Positions 1-7,627 are shown, counted from the first letter of the stretch. The stretch is DNA of 25,502 nt from Candidatus Omnitrophota bacterium (GCA_016932635.1 JAFGCM010000016.1:1-25502); one strand, 5' to 3'. The notes: generated by a model from the sequence alone, not told the origin. A program made the numbers and translations.

Positions 1-2066
1 AACAGCGGAAAGATTATATTGGCCCCGGCCCAGCCCTGCCAGCTGTTCATCCTAGCGCTATTTAAGGCAAAAAAGACCAGCGGCAAAATAATCGGGTAAA
101 TCACGATGGCTATCTGCGTCTTAATAAATAACCCGTAATCGTCTTTTATCAAGCTCAAGCGCTTAGTAATTAACCAGCTTCCTAAGACCAGTCCGACCAT
201 AAAGGAACTTAACATAATACCCAATTTATAATAAAGATATCCATAAATTACCTGAAAGGCCAGTAAAATGACTACTTGGAAGGTAAGTTCAGTCAAGCCG
301 GTGGTAGAAACAGCCAAAAGCACTGCCCCCGATGCAGCATTTTTCTTTTTGCGGCGTAAAAATGCAGATGCAAGAATTACCAGATAAGCGAAACAGAAAA
401 AAGCCCAGATAATTTTCTCATTCAGCACAGCAATAATCTTACGCCAGCCGGAAGTAAAATAGGTGCTAAAGAGTAACATATCGTAATAATAGGAAATCGG
501 GCGAAAGTCCCTGTTCAGCTTAGCCTGCTCTTGGGCGCTCTCAATCTTTGCTGCTAAATATTCAATTCTATCCTGGGATAACTTGGACTGAAGATAATAT
601 TCGCGCACATATTTAGTCTGGACAGCGCGCTTTTTTAAACGGCGCATCAGTTCTTGATAGTCGTAAGTTAAGATTCCTGCTTTGCCGGCAGCCAAGAAGT
701 AGGCAGTATCTCCGGGAATTACTTTAACCTCTGCAAAGACGCTTGTTAGGGTTTTATAGATAGAAGATAGAAACTGTTGCTGTTCGGGATTTAAGAAGTT
801 TTCCGCCGAACTTAAAGAAAAAGAAAACACTCCGCCTGGTATTAGCCAGCTTTTTATTTCCTGAAAGAACTCATTTGTATAAAATCTATTGAGCTGGGCA
901 GTATAGGGATCACCTACATAGACAATGATGCTGTCGTAAGCCATAATTTTGACGTCGCTCAATTTCCTAATATCGCTTATTTGTTTGATAAACTGACGCC
1001 CGTCTTGATGAAATACTCTCAAACGCCTATCTGCTAAGAAGCTCAATCTTTCAGAAGGCAGAAATTGTCGGCCCAAAGCAATAATTTTTGGATCTAATTC
1101 CAGGTAGTCCAAGTTATGGATTGGATATTTAAGGATTTCTTGGGCTAATCCGGCTATGCCGCCTCCGATCAAAAGCACATTTTGTGGATTCAGGGTCTCT
1201 AACAGGGCAAAGTGCACTGCCTCCTCGCAAGACTGCTCATCCGGGACAGTAAAAATAGAGAGACCGTTGCTAAAGAAAGAGTATTGTTCAGCACGTTTGG
1301 TTACTACCAGATTGCTATAGACGGAATCCTCGGCAGTTAAAAGCTCAAAACCCCTCCATTGTTGCGCAAGCTGGGTCTGTTTAATTTGTTTGGCCTGCTG
1401 GGTAAATACTAAAGCCAATAAACACAAAATTAAGCCGAGAGTGATGTATTTCGTAATTTGTGCAATCTTTAGCTCTTTAAGATTGTGTTGCAGAAAAAAA
1501 CTGGAGCAAAGATTAAGAAAAGCTAAACCCAGCATTATATAAAAGGCATCAAAATAGGGGATCAAGCAAAAACTGGTCAATAATCCGCCACAAACCGCAC
1601 CCAGGGCCTCCAGGATATACACCCGGCCGATCTGCCCTGCTCCGGAGATCTGCCTAGGATAAATCCGGCAGGCCAAGACAAAGAGAAATCCCAGGATAAT
1701 ACAGATTAGAGAAAATATCAGAAAACTAAATAGGGCCATCGGCAAAAATCCGATAATCTCACCCGGCGCAATACCCAATATTGCCCGGGCACTTCTAACT
1801 ACAAAGATAATACCCGGCAAAATCAGGGCCAAGATAATCTGCAGGATGGAAAAGAAAGCTTTGTGCTGTCTGATGTTATCGGCGTATCGGCCTAAAAGCC
1901 AACTGCCCAGCGCCCCCCAGAAAAGCCACGCGCCCAGCATTAGCCCCAAAGAGAGCTCATTACCGTAAAAGATAACCAGCATTTGCCGCAACAGCACTAT
2001 CTGCGCGCTGATTGCCGTAAAGCCGATTAAGAATATCGCAAATAAAATAGACTTTTTTGCTTTCAC
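1..2066 (-). CDS. Polytopic membrane protein with central spermidine-synthase-like (class I SAM-binding) domain; 3' end runs off the window
   Basis: Not in the ORF track; translated by hand. GTG at 2066 overlaps the amrS TGA (GTGA). Reads MKAKKSILFAIFLIGFTAISAQIVLLRQMLVIFYGNELSLGLMLGAWLF (TM block with the family-typical GNEL), NVLLIGGGIAG (1149-1181), YLELDPKII, DGRQFI, YDSIIVYVGDPYT (906-938), then a second TM block reaching the window edge (...GANIIFPL). No stops in the segments checked. Confidence 0.8.
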   Translation of the reverse strand, partial: MKAKKSILFAIFLIGFTAISAQIVLLRQMLVIFYGNELSLGLMLGAWLFWGALGSWLLGRYADNIRQHKAFFSILQIILALILPGIIFVVRSARAILGIAPGEIIGFLPMALFSFLIFSLICIILGFLFVLACRIYPRQISGAGQIGRVYILEALGAVCGGLLTSFCLIPYFDAFYIMLGLAFLNLCSSFFLQHNLKELKIAQITKYITLGLILCLLALVFTQQAKQIKQTQLAQQWRGFELLTAEDSVYSNLVVTKRAEQYSFFSNGLSIFTVPDEQSCEEAVHFALLETLNPQNVLLIGGGIAGLAQEILKYPIHNLDYLELDPKIIALGRQFLPSERLSFLADRRLRVFHQDGRQFIKQISDIRKLSDVKIMAYDSIIVYVGDPYTAQLNRFYTNEFFQEIKSWLIPGGVFSFSLSSAENFLNPEQQQFLSSIYKTLTSVFAEVKVIPGDTAYFLAAGKAGILTYDYQELMRRLKKRAVQTKYVREYYLQSKLSQDRIEYLAAKIESAQEQAKLNRDFRPISYYYDMLLFSTYFTSGWRKIIAVLNEKIIWAFFCFAYLVILASAFLRRKKKNAASGAVLLAVSTTGLTELTFQVVILLAFQVIYGYLYYKLGIMLSSFMVGLVLGSWLITKRLSLIKDDYGLFIKTQIAIVIYPIILPLVFFALNSARMNSWQGWAGANIIFPL

Positions 2067-3175
2067 CAGATTCCTGCAATAGTGCGGCCGCAGAATTTAC
2101 ATTTTCCGTTTACAACATTGTTCTGCCGAATAGCATAACCGACTCTTTCAATCAACAGGGCCCGGCAATCAGGGCAATAGGTATGTTCAGCCGAATGACC
2201 GGGCACATTGCCAATATAGACAAAGTTTAGTCCCGTGTTTAAAGCTACTTGGCGCGCTTCCTCCAACGTAGAGGTGGGGGTACGATAAAGATTTTTTAAT
2301 TGATACATCGGCGTAAAACGGGAAAAATGCAAGGGTGTATCTTCTCCTAAATTGTCCCTAATCCAGATACACATCTTCTCAATTGTCTTCATATCATCAT
2401 TTAAGGTAGGCACAATCAAATTGGTTACTTCCAAATGCACTCCTTCTTCCTTAAATATCTTTAACGCCTGAAGTAACGGCGCAAGCTCCTGAGCGCAAAT
2501 CTTGCGCAGATATTTTTCATCAAATCCTTTTATGTCCACATTGGCCGCATCAATATATTGACAAAGTTCTCTTAAGGGCTCCTCATTGATATATCCGGCG
2601 GTAACCATAATGTTTTTTAAACCTTTTGCCCTGGCTAATTTTGCCGTATCCAGCATATATTCATAAAAGATAATCGGTTCAGAATAGGTATAGGCAATGG
2701 AGCTACAGTGATTTTTAAGGGCCGCCTGCACAACCTCTTGCGGGCTCATTTTGATGTTGTCGGTTTCCTCCGGAGACCGTTGGGAAATAGTCCAATTCTG
2801 ACAGAATTTACAGCGCAAGTTGCAACCGGCCGTAGCAATGGAAAAAGCCGTAGTTGCCGGCAACATATGAAAAATGGGTTTTTTCTCGACGGGGTCGATA
2901 TGGTAGGAGCAGGGATTGGCGTAAACTAAGGTATAAAGCTTTCCATCTTGCGCTTCTCTCGCTCGGCAGAACCCGCGCATCCCGTTCGTTAACAGGCAGC
3001 GGCGGGGACAAAGCTGGCATTGCACGGTTTCTCCATCGAGCTGTTCGTAATAAAGCGCCTCGTGTCTACCCAATAAAGTCTTTTGCTCGGCCTGCGCGAA
3101 AAACACATTAAGCCAGGCGCAAACAGCCAGTGCCATCAGAATCAAACATATTTTTAAAAACAGTTTCTTTCTCAT
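2063..3175 (-). CDS. amrS: AmmeMemoRadiSam system radical SAM enzyme with N-terminal signal/anchor peptide
   Basis: CxxxCxxC motif GCNLRCKFCQNW; family motifs CQLCPRRC...GFCRAR, IDPVEKKPIFH, IAYTYSEP, HFSRFTPMY; C-terminal CPDC...CKFCG. Confidence 0.9.
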   Translation of the reverse strand: MRKKLFLKICLILMALAVCAWLNVFFAQAEQKTLLGRHEALYYEQLDGETVQCQLCPRRCLLTNGMRGFCRAREAQDGKLYTLVYANPCSYHIDPVEKKPIFHMLPATTAFSIATAGCNLRCKFCQNWTISQRSPEETDNIKMSPQEVVQAALKNHCSSIAYTYSEPIIFYEYMLDTAKLARAKGLKNIMVTAGYINEEPLRELCQYIDAANVDIKGFDEKYLRKICAQELAPLLQALKIFKEEGVHLEVTNLIVPTLNDDMKTIEKMCIWIRDNLGEDTPLHFSRFTPMYQLKNLYRTPTSTLEEARQVALNTGLNFVYIGNVPGHSAEHTYCPDCRALLIERVGYAIRQNNVVNGKCKFCGRTIAGIW

Positions 3176-3181
3176 TATAAT

Positions 3182-3210
3182 AAAAAGGCCAGAGCCTTTA
3201 CTCTGACCTT
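3182..3210 (-). terminator. Probable intrinsic terminator downstream of the accessory islet
   Basis: Minus strand AAGGTCAGAG-taaagg-CTCTGGCCTT (10-bp stem including a G-U pair) running into TTTTT. Confidence 0.5.
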
Positions 3211-3211
3211 A

Positions 3212-3240
3212 ATTATACATCTGGATATAAAAAAAGTAAA
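3212..3240 (-). promoter_or_regulatory. Putative sigma70 promoter for amrS
   Basis: TTTACT (3240-3235), 17-nt spacer, TATAAT (3217-3212). Confidence 0.55.
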
Positions 3241-3393
3241 ACGAATATAGCTATTAAAGAATAGGGGCTCGGGGTCCTGTCTCGGGTGCCAGCCTTCGCC
3301 AGAGACGTTTGTACCTACAAGACATCATCTCTCATACCAGCTTCCTGGTTGTATTTCCACCTGGTGGGAATAGGTCAAAATCTGTGGCATCCA

Positions 3394-3818
3394 CTATAGG
3401 TTTATTTCCTTTGTAAAATATGCATTAATTATATTCTCTAAGCCAATAGCCTTGAATCTTTCTCTAAGGTTTTTTCTTGATGCATTCTCCAACCATAAAC
3501 ACCCCAAAAACGATGTATAATGTGATTCCTTTTTTCTAAAATCTCTTGAAGAAAATTTGCAATTTTATCACAATTTTTAAAGCACTTTTTAAATTCTTCG
3601 GTCAATTGCCCTAAAGTTCTTAAATCAAGATTGTCATAGATTTCTTCTATTTTTTCTGGGGATAAATTTTGCTCTTTTGACCATTTAGGAAATAAAAGGA
3701 GATTTTCTAATCTCTTTTCAATATTGAAGCAGTGATGTGCAATAATAGATTAATAAAATTATAAGTTCCCCGTTTTTTCATTTTTAATTTAGTATGCAGT
3801 TAATACAGCTTTCTTCAT
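3394..3818 (-). pseudogene. Degraded HEPN-like (RxxxxH) gene
   Basis: Stop-free frame 3749-3465 with no start codon: SIIAHHCFNIEKRLENLLLFPKWSKEQNLSPEKIEEIYDNLDLRTLGQLTEEFKKCFKNCDKIANFLQEILEKRNHIIHRFWGVYGWRMHQEKP*. RNHIIH lies at 3530-3513 after a TLGQL helix. In-frame ATG at 3818 is cut off by three TAA codons; a frameshifted tail may continue to 3394. Confidence 0.45.
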
Positions 3819-3845
3819 TACTCTGCAAATATCTAAAAGGTCTAC

Positions 3846-4679
3846 CTATATAGAAATTAATAGAACCTTTGAAACTGCTGTATAAGTTTTCTTTCCAAAA
3901 CTAAAAGCTATTTCATCAGCAGTGGTTACCTTTTCTTTGGTAAAGAATTCATCGATCTTTGAGAATACAAGATCAAAATTTCTCTTTAGCTTCCAGCTTT
4001 CTTCCAGGTTCTTCGTATCCAACAATATTGCAAATAGCCTATTGTCTGCTCCGAAGCGCTGTGCGCCTTGATTCTCATACATCCAAATAGCAAGATTCTT
4101 TGGATTCTTAATGACATCTTTTACGTCATAACCTCTGGGAAGATAAGTTGTTTTCAGGTCAAAAGGTTGATTATCCACAAAAATATCTATTCCCTTTATT
4201 TTCTTAAGAGTAGGGATAACCTTGGGATGTCGGCTTATATGTTCTTCAATTAGAACCGTCGTCCAATGATTATACCAAGTGCAAATGACATATGAAGTAA
4301 CATCATTGTGAAGCTTTGCTTTTACCCCATTAATTAAATCATCATATCTAAAAATCCGCCTTACGTACTCCGCTTGGATCTTTTGATCCAATTGCCCCTG
4401 GACAACACCCCAAGAAAAATCTTTAACCTTATGCAATTCTTTTATTAAATCCTCATCACTTATCAGCTCTTTGCGTTCTTTTATACGCTGATTATATTGT
4501 TTTTTTATAAAATCACCTAATTTATCATCAATGTTTTGGAGGCTAACTAGGCGTTTAATTATCTCCGTTCCATTACCGCAACTACTTTGACTTAATATTT
4601 CTGCAAATTCCTTTAACTTTGGCAAAGGTATAGAACTTAATTTTAGATTTCTCACTTCTTTATCACTTAACAATGACAT
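3846..4679 (-). CDS. Putative Type II restriction endonuclease (PD-(D/E)xK fold)
   Basis: IDIF-x5-FDLK fits a PD-(D/E)xK catalytic arrangement; the start overlaps the methyltransferase 3' end by 17 nt; AT-rich like the MTase. Family name not recognised. Confidence 0.65.
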   Translation of the reverse strand: MSLLSDKEVRNLKLSSIPLPKLKEFAEILSQSSCGNGTEIIKRLVSLQNIDDKLGDFIKKQYNQRIKERKELISDEDLIKELHKVKDFSWGVVQGQLDQKIQAEYVRRIFRYDDLINGVKAKLHNDVTSYVICTWYNHWTTVLIEEHISRHPKVIPTLKKIKGIDIFVDNQPFDLKTTYLPRGYDVKDVIKNPKNLAIWMYENQGAQRFGADNRLFAILLDTKNLEESWKLKRNFDLVFSKIDEFFTKEKVTTADEIAFSFGKKTYTAVSKVLLISI

Positions 4680-5826
4680 CTATCTCCCCTTCTTTCTTAA
4701 ATAGCAATATATACTCGTGTTTAAAAATATAAAACCCTCCTACTAATGCTCTATATTTCCATAAATCCTTTTGATTACGTTTGCCTCTTGTTTCTTCAAA
4801 GTTTTTAACAATTATACCCTTTAATGAAAAATTTCTTTTTAAAACTTCATTCATTAGATAGAAGCCTAATGGAATCCATTTGCCCTGGGAATATTTATCA
4901 CCAATTACTATGCCAAGGTATCTACCGTTTTCTAAGTAGGGAGTTACATTATCAATAACATCGGCGAACATCTTGGTGAAGTCTTCGACAGATCTTGCAT
5001 TAGATAAATCGTTAGGGTTTCTGCTGAATTTTATTATATTGTGATAAGGAGGATGCATAATCGTAAGTTGAACTTTGCTAATTTTATGTTTATTTAGAGT
5101 TTCTTGAAGATTAACTTTTCTTGAGTCTGCTGTAATTACTTCGGTTGTTACATTGTTGACATTCCCCTCTTTCTTTGTTAATTCTTTTGCTTTCCTTGCA
5201 ACTTCAGGATTAAGTTCTATACCAATTCCATTTCTGCCTAATCGTTTACATTCTATTAACGTTGTTCCGCTACCCACAAATGCATCAATTACCCAGTCGC
5301 CTTTTTTAGTATATCGCATCATTAACTGATGGGGAATCTGTGGAATAAAATTACCCCAATACCAACCCATATGAGCACCAGAGGTATCACGTTTATCTAA
5401 AATCCATAAACTATCGGTAATTATATCGGTATATTCTTTCCATCTATTTAGATTTATGTCATTGATTTTACTTGTTTTAATCTCGGTTACGCCCTTTTTA
5501 AGACGCTCTAAGTAATACTTGGCCCTTTCAATTGTGTGAGCCTCTTGCACCTGCTTTAATTCTTCAAGAAGAGGCCCTTTTTTCAAAACAGCTGTATCGC
5601 CATTTCTATCAATATTAAGTAAACCTATGTTATCACTTTTTGGATAATCAATTATAGAGTAGATAGAGTATACTTTTCTTCTTACCAAGCCTACTTCTTC
5701 ATTTTTTAAAGCTTCGTCTATCTCTTCTAGTAATTTGGGCTTATTTACAATAACGTCCTTTTTCCAATCATAGGGTTCCTTTTGCAAATCAACAAACAAA
5801 TCTAAGACTTGGCCATTGGTTTTCAT
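4663..5826 (-). CDS. Amino (N4-C/N6-A) DNA methyltransferase, alpha motif order, HPPY motif IV
   Basis: Motif X/I GNFIPQIP...DAFVGSGTT, GIELNP, motif IV MHPPY, VIGD, KHEYILLF; GGGGTG SD-like sequence 7 nt upstream of the ATG. Confidence 0.85.
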   Translation of the reverse strand: MKTNGQVLDLFVDLQKEPYDWKKDVIVNKPKLLEEIDEALKNEEVGLVRRKVYSIYSIIDYPKSDNIGLLNIDRNGDTAVLKKGPLLEELKQVQEAHTIERAKYYLERLKKGVTEIKTSKINDINLNRWKEYTDIITDSLWILDKRDTSGAHMGWYWGNFIPQIPHQLMMRYTKKGDWVIDAFVGSGTTLIECKRLGRNGIGIELNPEVARKAKELTKKEGNVNNVTTEVITADSRKVNLQETLNKHKISKVQLTIMHPPYHNIIKFSRNPNDLSNARSVEDFTKMFADVIDNVTPYLENGRYLGIVIGDKYSQGKWIPLGFYLMNEVLKRNFSLKGIIVKNFEETRGKRNQKDLWKYRALVGGFYIFKHEYILLFKKEGEIDVIVK

Positions 5827-5853
5827 TCCTTTTCACCCCTATAATTAGCTTAT

Positions 5854-5887
5854 AAACACAAAAACCTCCGCTTTGGGCGAAGGTTTT
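5854..5887 (-). terminator. Intrinsic terminator immediately upstream of the methyltransferase
   Basis: Minus strand AAAACCTTCGC-ccaaa-GCGGAGGTTTT followed by TGTGTTT. Confidence 0.7.
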
Positions 5888-5889
5888 AC

Positions 5890-5940
5890 TTATTTTTCTG
5901 TGGAGGTTCCCCCTTCGAAACTCACCACTTTAATCATCAT
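5890..5940 (-). other. Candidate leaderless 15-16 aa uORF (MMIKVVSFEGGTSTEK)
   Basis: ATGATG at the predicted transcription start of the 5945-5973 promoter; TAA ends 2 nt before the terminator stem. Translation is not demonstrated. Confidence 0.3.
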
Positions 5941-5944
5941 TTCT

Positions 5945-5973
5945 AATATACACCTTAAACAAATAAGAGTCAA
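5945..5973 (-). promoter_or_regulatory. Near-consensus sigma70 promoter upstream of the R-M genes
   Basis: TTGACT (5973-5968), 17-nt spacer, TATATT (5950-5945). Confidence 0.7.
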
Positions 5974-5993
5974 GGAATTTCTTTCTCTGATAA

Positions 5994-6040
5994 ATTTGCG
6001 AGGTGTTTATTGCGAGCGAAGCAAAAACACCGAGCAAAAT
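5994..6040. repeat. REP-like imperfect palindrome abutting the lpxI stop
   Basis: ATTTGCGAGGTGTTTATTGC-gagcgaa-GCAAAAACACCGAGCAAAAT; about 20-bp imperfect stem. Confidence 0.55.
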
Positions 6041-6846
6041 TATATTCCTACGAGGCAGATGTTGTTGGCCTCGGCGGTGCGGATGGAGAGATCTGGCTCT
6101 AAAAATAAGGCCTTGCCGGCCTCAATGGCCATGGCCGCGCAAGAGGCGCAAGCTAAACAATCGATAGTTTTAGGCCCGACAATGGGAATATCAAAGCGCA
6201 TATCCTGCCGGGGTTTACTCACCTTTACTACGACTGCTCCTGGGCCACCCAAGGCGCCGCCTCTGGTAATCGCCTCATCGGTTCCCTCAATCGCCTCAAT
6301 AGCCAAGATGGCCTTATCTTTAACCACCACGGTCTGACCGATATCGAGAGCCGCAATGCGCTTGGCGATACCGCGACCAAAATTAATATCCTGCCATTGT
6401 AGAGCGCTGGGCTCTAATTTAGTTAAGACTCCCCGCCGGATCAGATAGCTTTTTAAAAAAGTAGTCGAATCTAACAGCCTAATTCCCCGACGGGCCAAAA
6501 TCTTGGCCAAGGTTCCCAATAAAGAGTCGGCGCGTTTATCTTTAACGCGCTGGAGGAAGTTTTTTAAGCGCTGATCTTGTGCCACATTCTTATCAAAGAT
6601 ATGCACCGGCTTAATCTGCCCGGCCATCACCACTTTTTTTAATTTTTCCTGCCCTAAAATCTGAAAAAACTTATTTAATTCGCCCAAGCCGATCCAGTAC
6701 ACCCGCTCGACATAATCCTCGATTTCCGGTGAGGTCTCCTGGCGCACGGCCACAGCCACAATTTCCTCTCCTTGCGCCTGTGCGCTCTTGGCCAAGAGAA
6801 TAGGAAATTGACCGTTGCCGGCAATTAAACCAATCCGCTCTTTCAT
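6040..6846 (-). CDS. lpxI: UDP-2,3-diacylglucosamine diphosphatase LpxI
   Basis: IGLIAGNG start, DIGQTVVV, AIEAIEGTDE, KPRQDMRFDIP; follows lpxA. Confidence 0.92.
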   Translation of the reverse strand: MKERIGLIAGNGQFPILLAKSAQAQGEEIVAVAVRQETSPEIEDYVERVYWIGLGELNKFFQILGQEKLKKVVMAGQIKPVHIFDKNVAQDQRLKNFLQRVKDKRADSLLGTLAKILARRGIRLLDSTTFLKSYLIRRGVLTKLEPSALQWQDINFGRGIAKRIAALDIGQTVVVKDKAILAIEAIEGTDEAITRGGALGGPGAVVVKVSKPRQDMRFDIPIVGPKTIDCLACASCAAMAIEAGKALFLEPDLSIRTAEANNICLVGI

Positions 6847-6847
6847 A

Positions 6848-7627
6848 TTATCTACAGACGCCGCGCTGGGAATTTTGAATAAAATTAATTAAGTGAGTAA
6901 TTTCCGGACTTGCCGGTAATTCTTCCTGCACCTTTTTGATGGCGTGGGGGAAAGAAAGTCCGCTGTGGAAAAGAATGGTAAAGGCATGTTTGAGGTTGGT
7001 TTTGGTGGCCTTAGTTATTCCCGAACGCTCTAGGCCCACTCTATTTAGAGAACGTACCTTCACCGGATTGCCGTCGCAGAGAGAGTAGGGCGGAATATCC
7101 TGATTCACCTTGGAACAGCCGCCGACAATGGATAAGGTGCCGATCCGCACAAACTGATGCACCGCCGCTAAGCCGCCGAGAATGGCCCGGTCCTCAATCT
7201 CAATGTGTCCGGCCAGGGTACCGACATTGGCAATCACCACGTGATTGCCGATTACGCAGTCGTGGGCAATATGGGCATAGGCCATAATCAAATTATTATT
7301 GCCGATTAGAGTTTTGCCGCTGGCGGAGGTGCCCAGATTAATGGTGACATACTCGCGGATAATGTTATTGTCGCCAATAACTAGCTTAGTTTCTTCCCCC
7401 TTATATTTTAAGTCCTGGGGGATACTGCCGATCACCGCCCCGGTAAAGATGCGGCAATTTTTACCGAGTGAGGTTTTGCCGGTAATCACGCAGTGCTCGC
7501 CTACTTGCGTTCCCGAGCCGATAGTTACCTCGGGGCCAATAATTGAGTAGTGGCCGACTTCTACGTCGGGAGCTAACTTTGCGCTGGCGGAAATCTGGGC
7601 TGTGGGTTGAATATGCGTGTTAATCAT
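6848..7627 (-). CDS. lpxA: Acyl-ACP--UDP-GlcNAc O-acyltransferase LpxA
   Basis: IHPTA-like start, hexapeptide repeats, PQDLKY, IREYVTIN, AHIAHDC. Confidence 0.97.
   Translation of the reverse strand: MINTHIQPTAQISASAKLAPDVEVGHYSIIGPEVTIGSGTQVGEHCVITGKTSLGKNCRIFTGAVIGSIPQDLKYKGEETKLVIGDNNIIREYVTINLGTSASGKTLIGNNNLIMAYAHIAHDCVIGNHVVIANVGTLAGHIEIEDRAILGGLAAVHQFVRIGTLSIVGGCSKVNQDIPPYSLCDGNPVKVRSLNRVGLERSGITKATKTNLKHAFTILFHSGLSFPHAIKKVQEELPASPEITHLINFIQNSQRGVCR

Noticed and set aside
3119-3136. Lipobox in the AmrS signal (LAVC)
   Set aside because: Val at -1 does not fit [LVI][ASTVI][GAS]C, and hydrophobic residues continue after the Cys.
3250-3390. GC-richer patch with short stems (GTCTC/GAGAC, CCACC-A-GGTGG) as an ncRNA
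   Set aside because: Stems are short, with no promoter/terminator pair or recognisable RNA family.
5890-5930. Resemblance of the R-M leader to a preQ1-I riboswitch (hairpin plus A-rich tail)
   Set aside because: Loop and tail nucleotides do not fit the consensus, and the downstream gene is unrelated to queuosine; kept only as an unassigned switch candidate.
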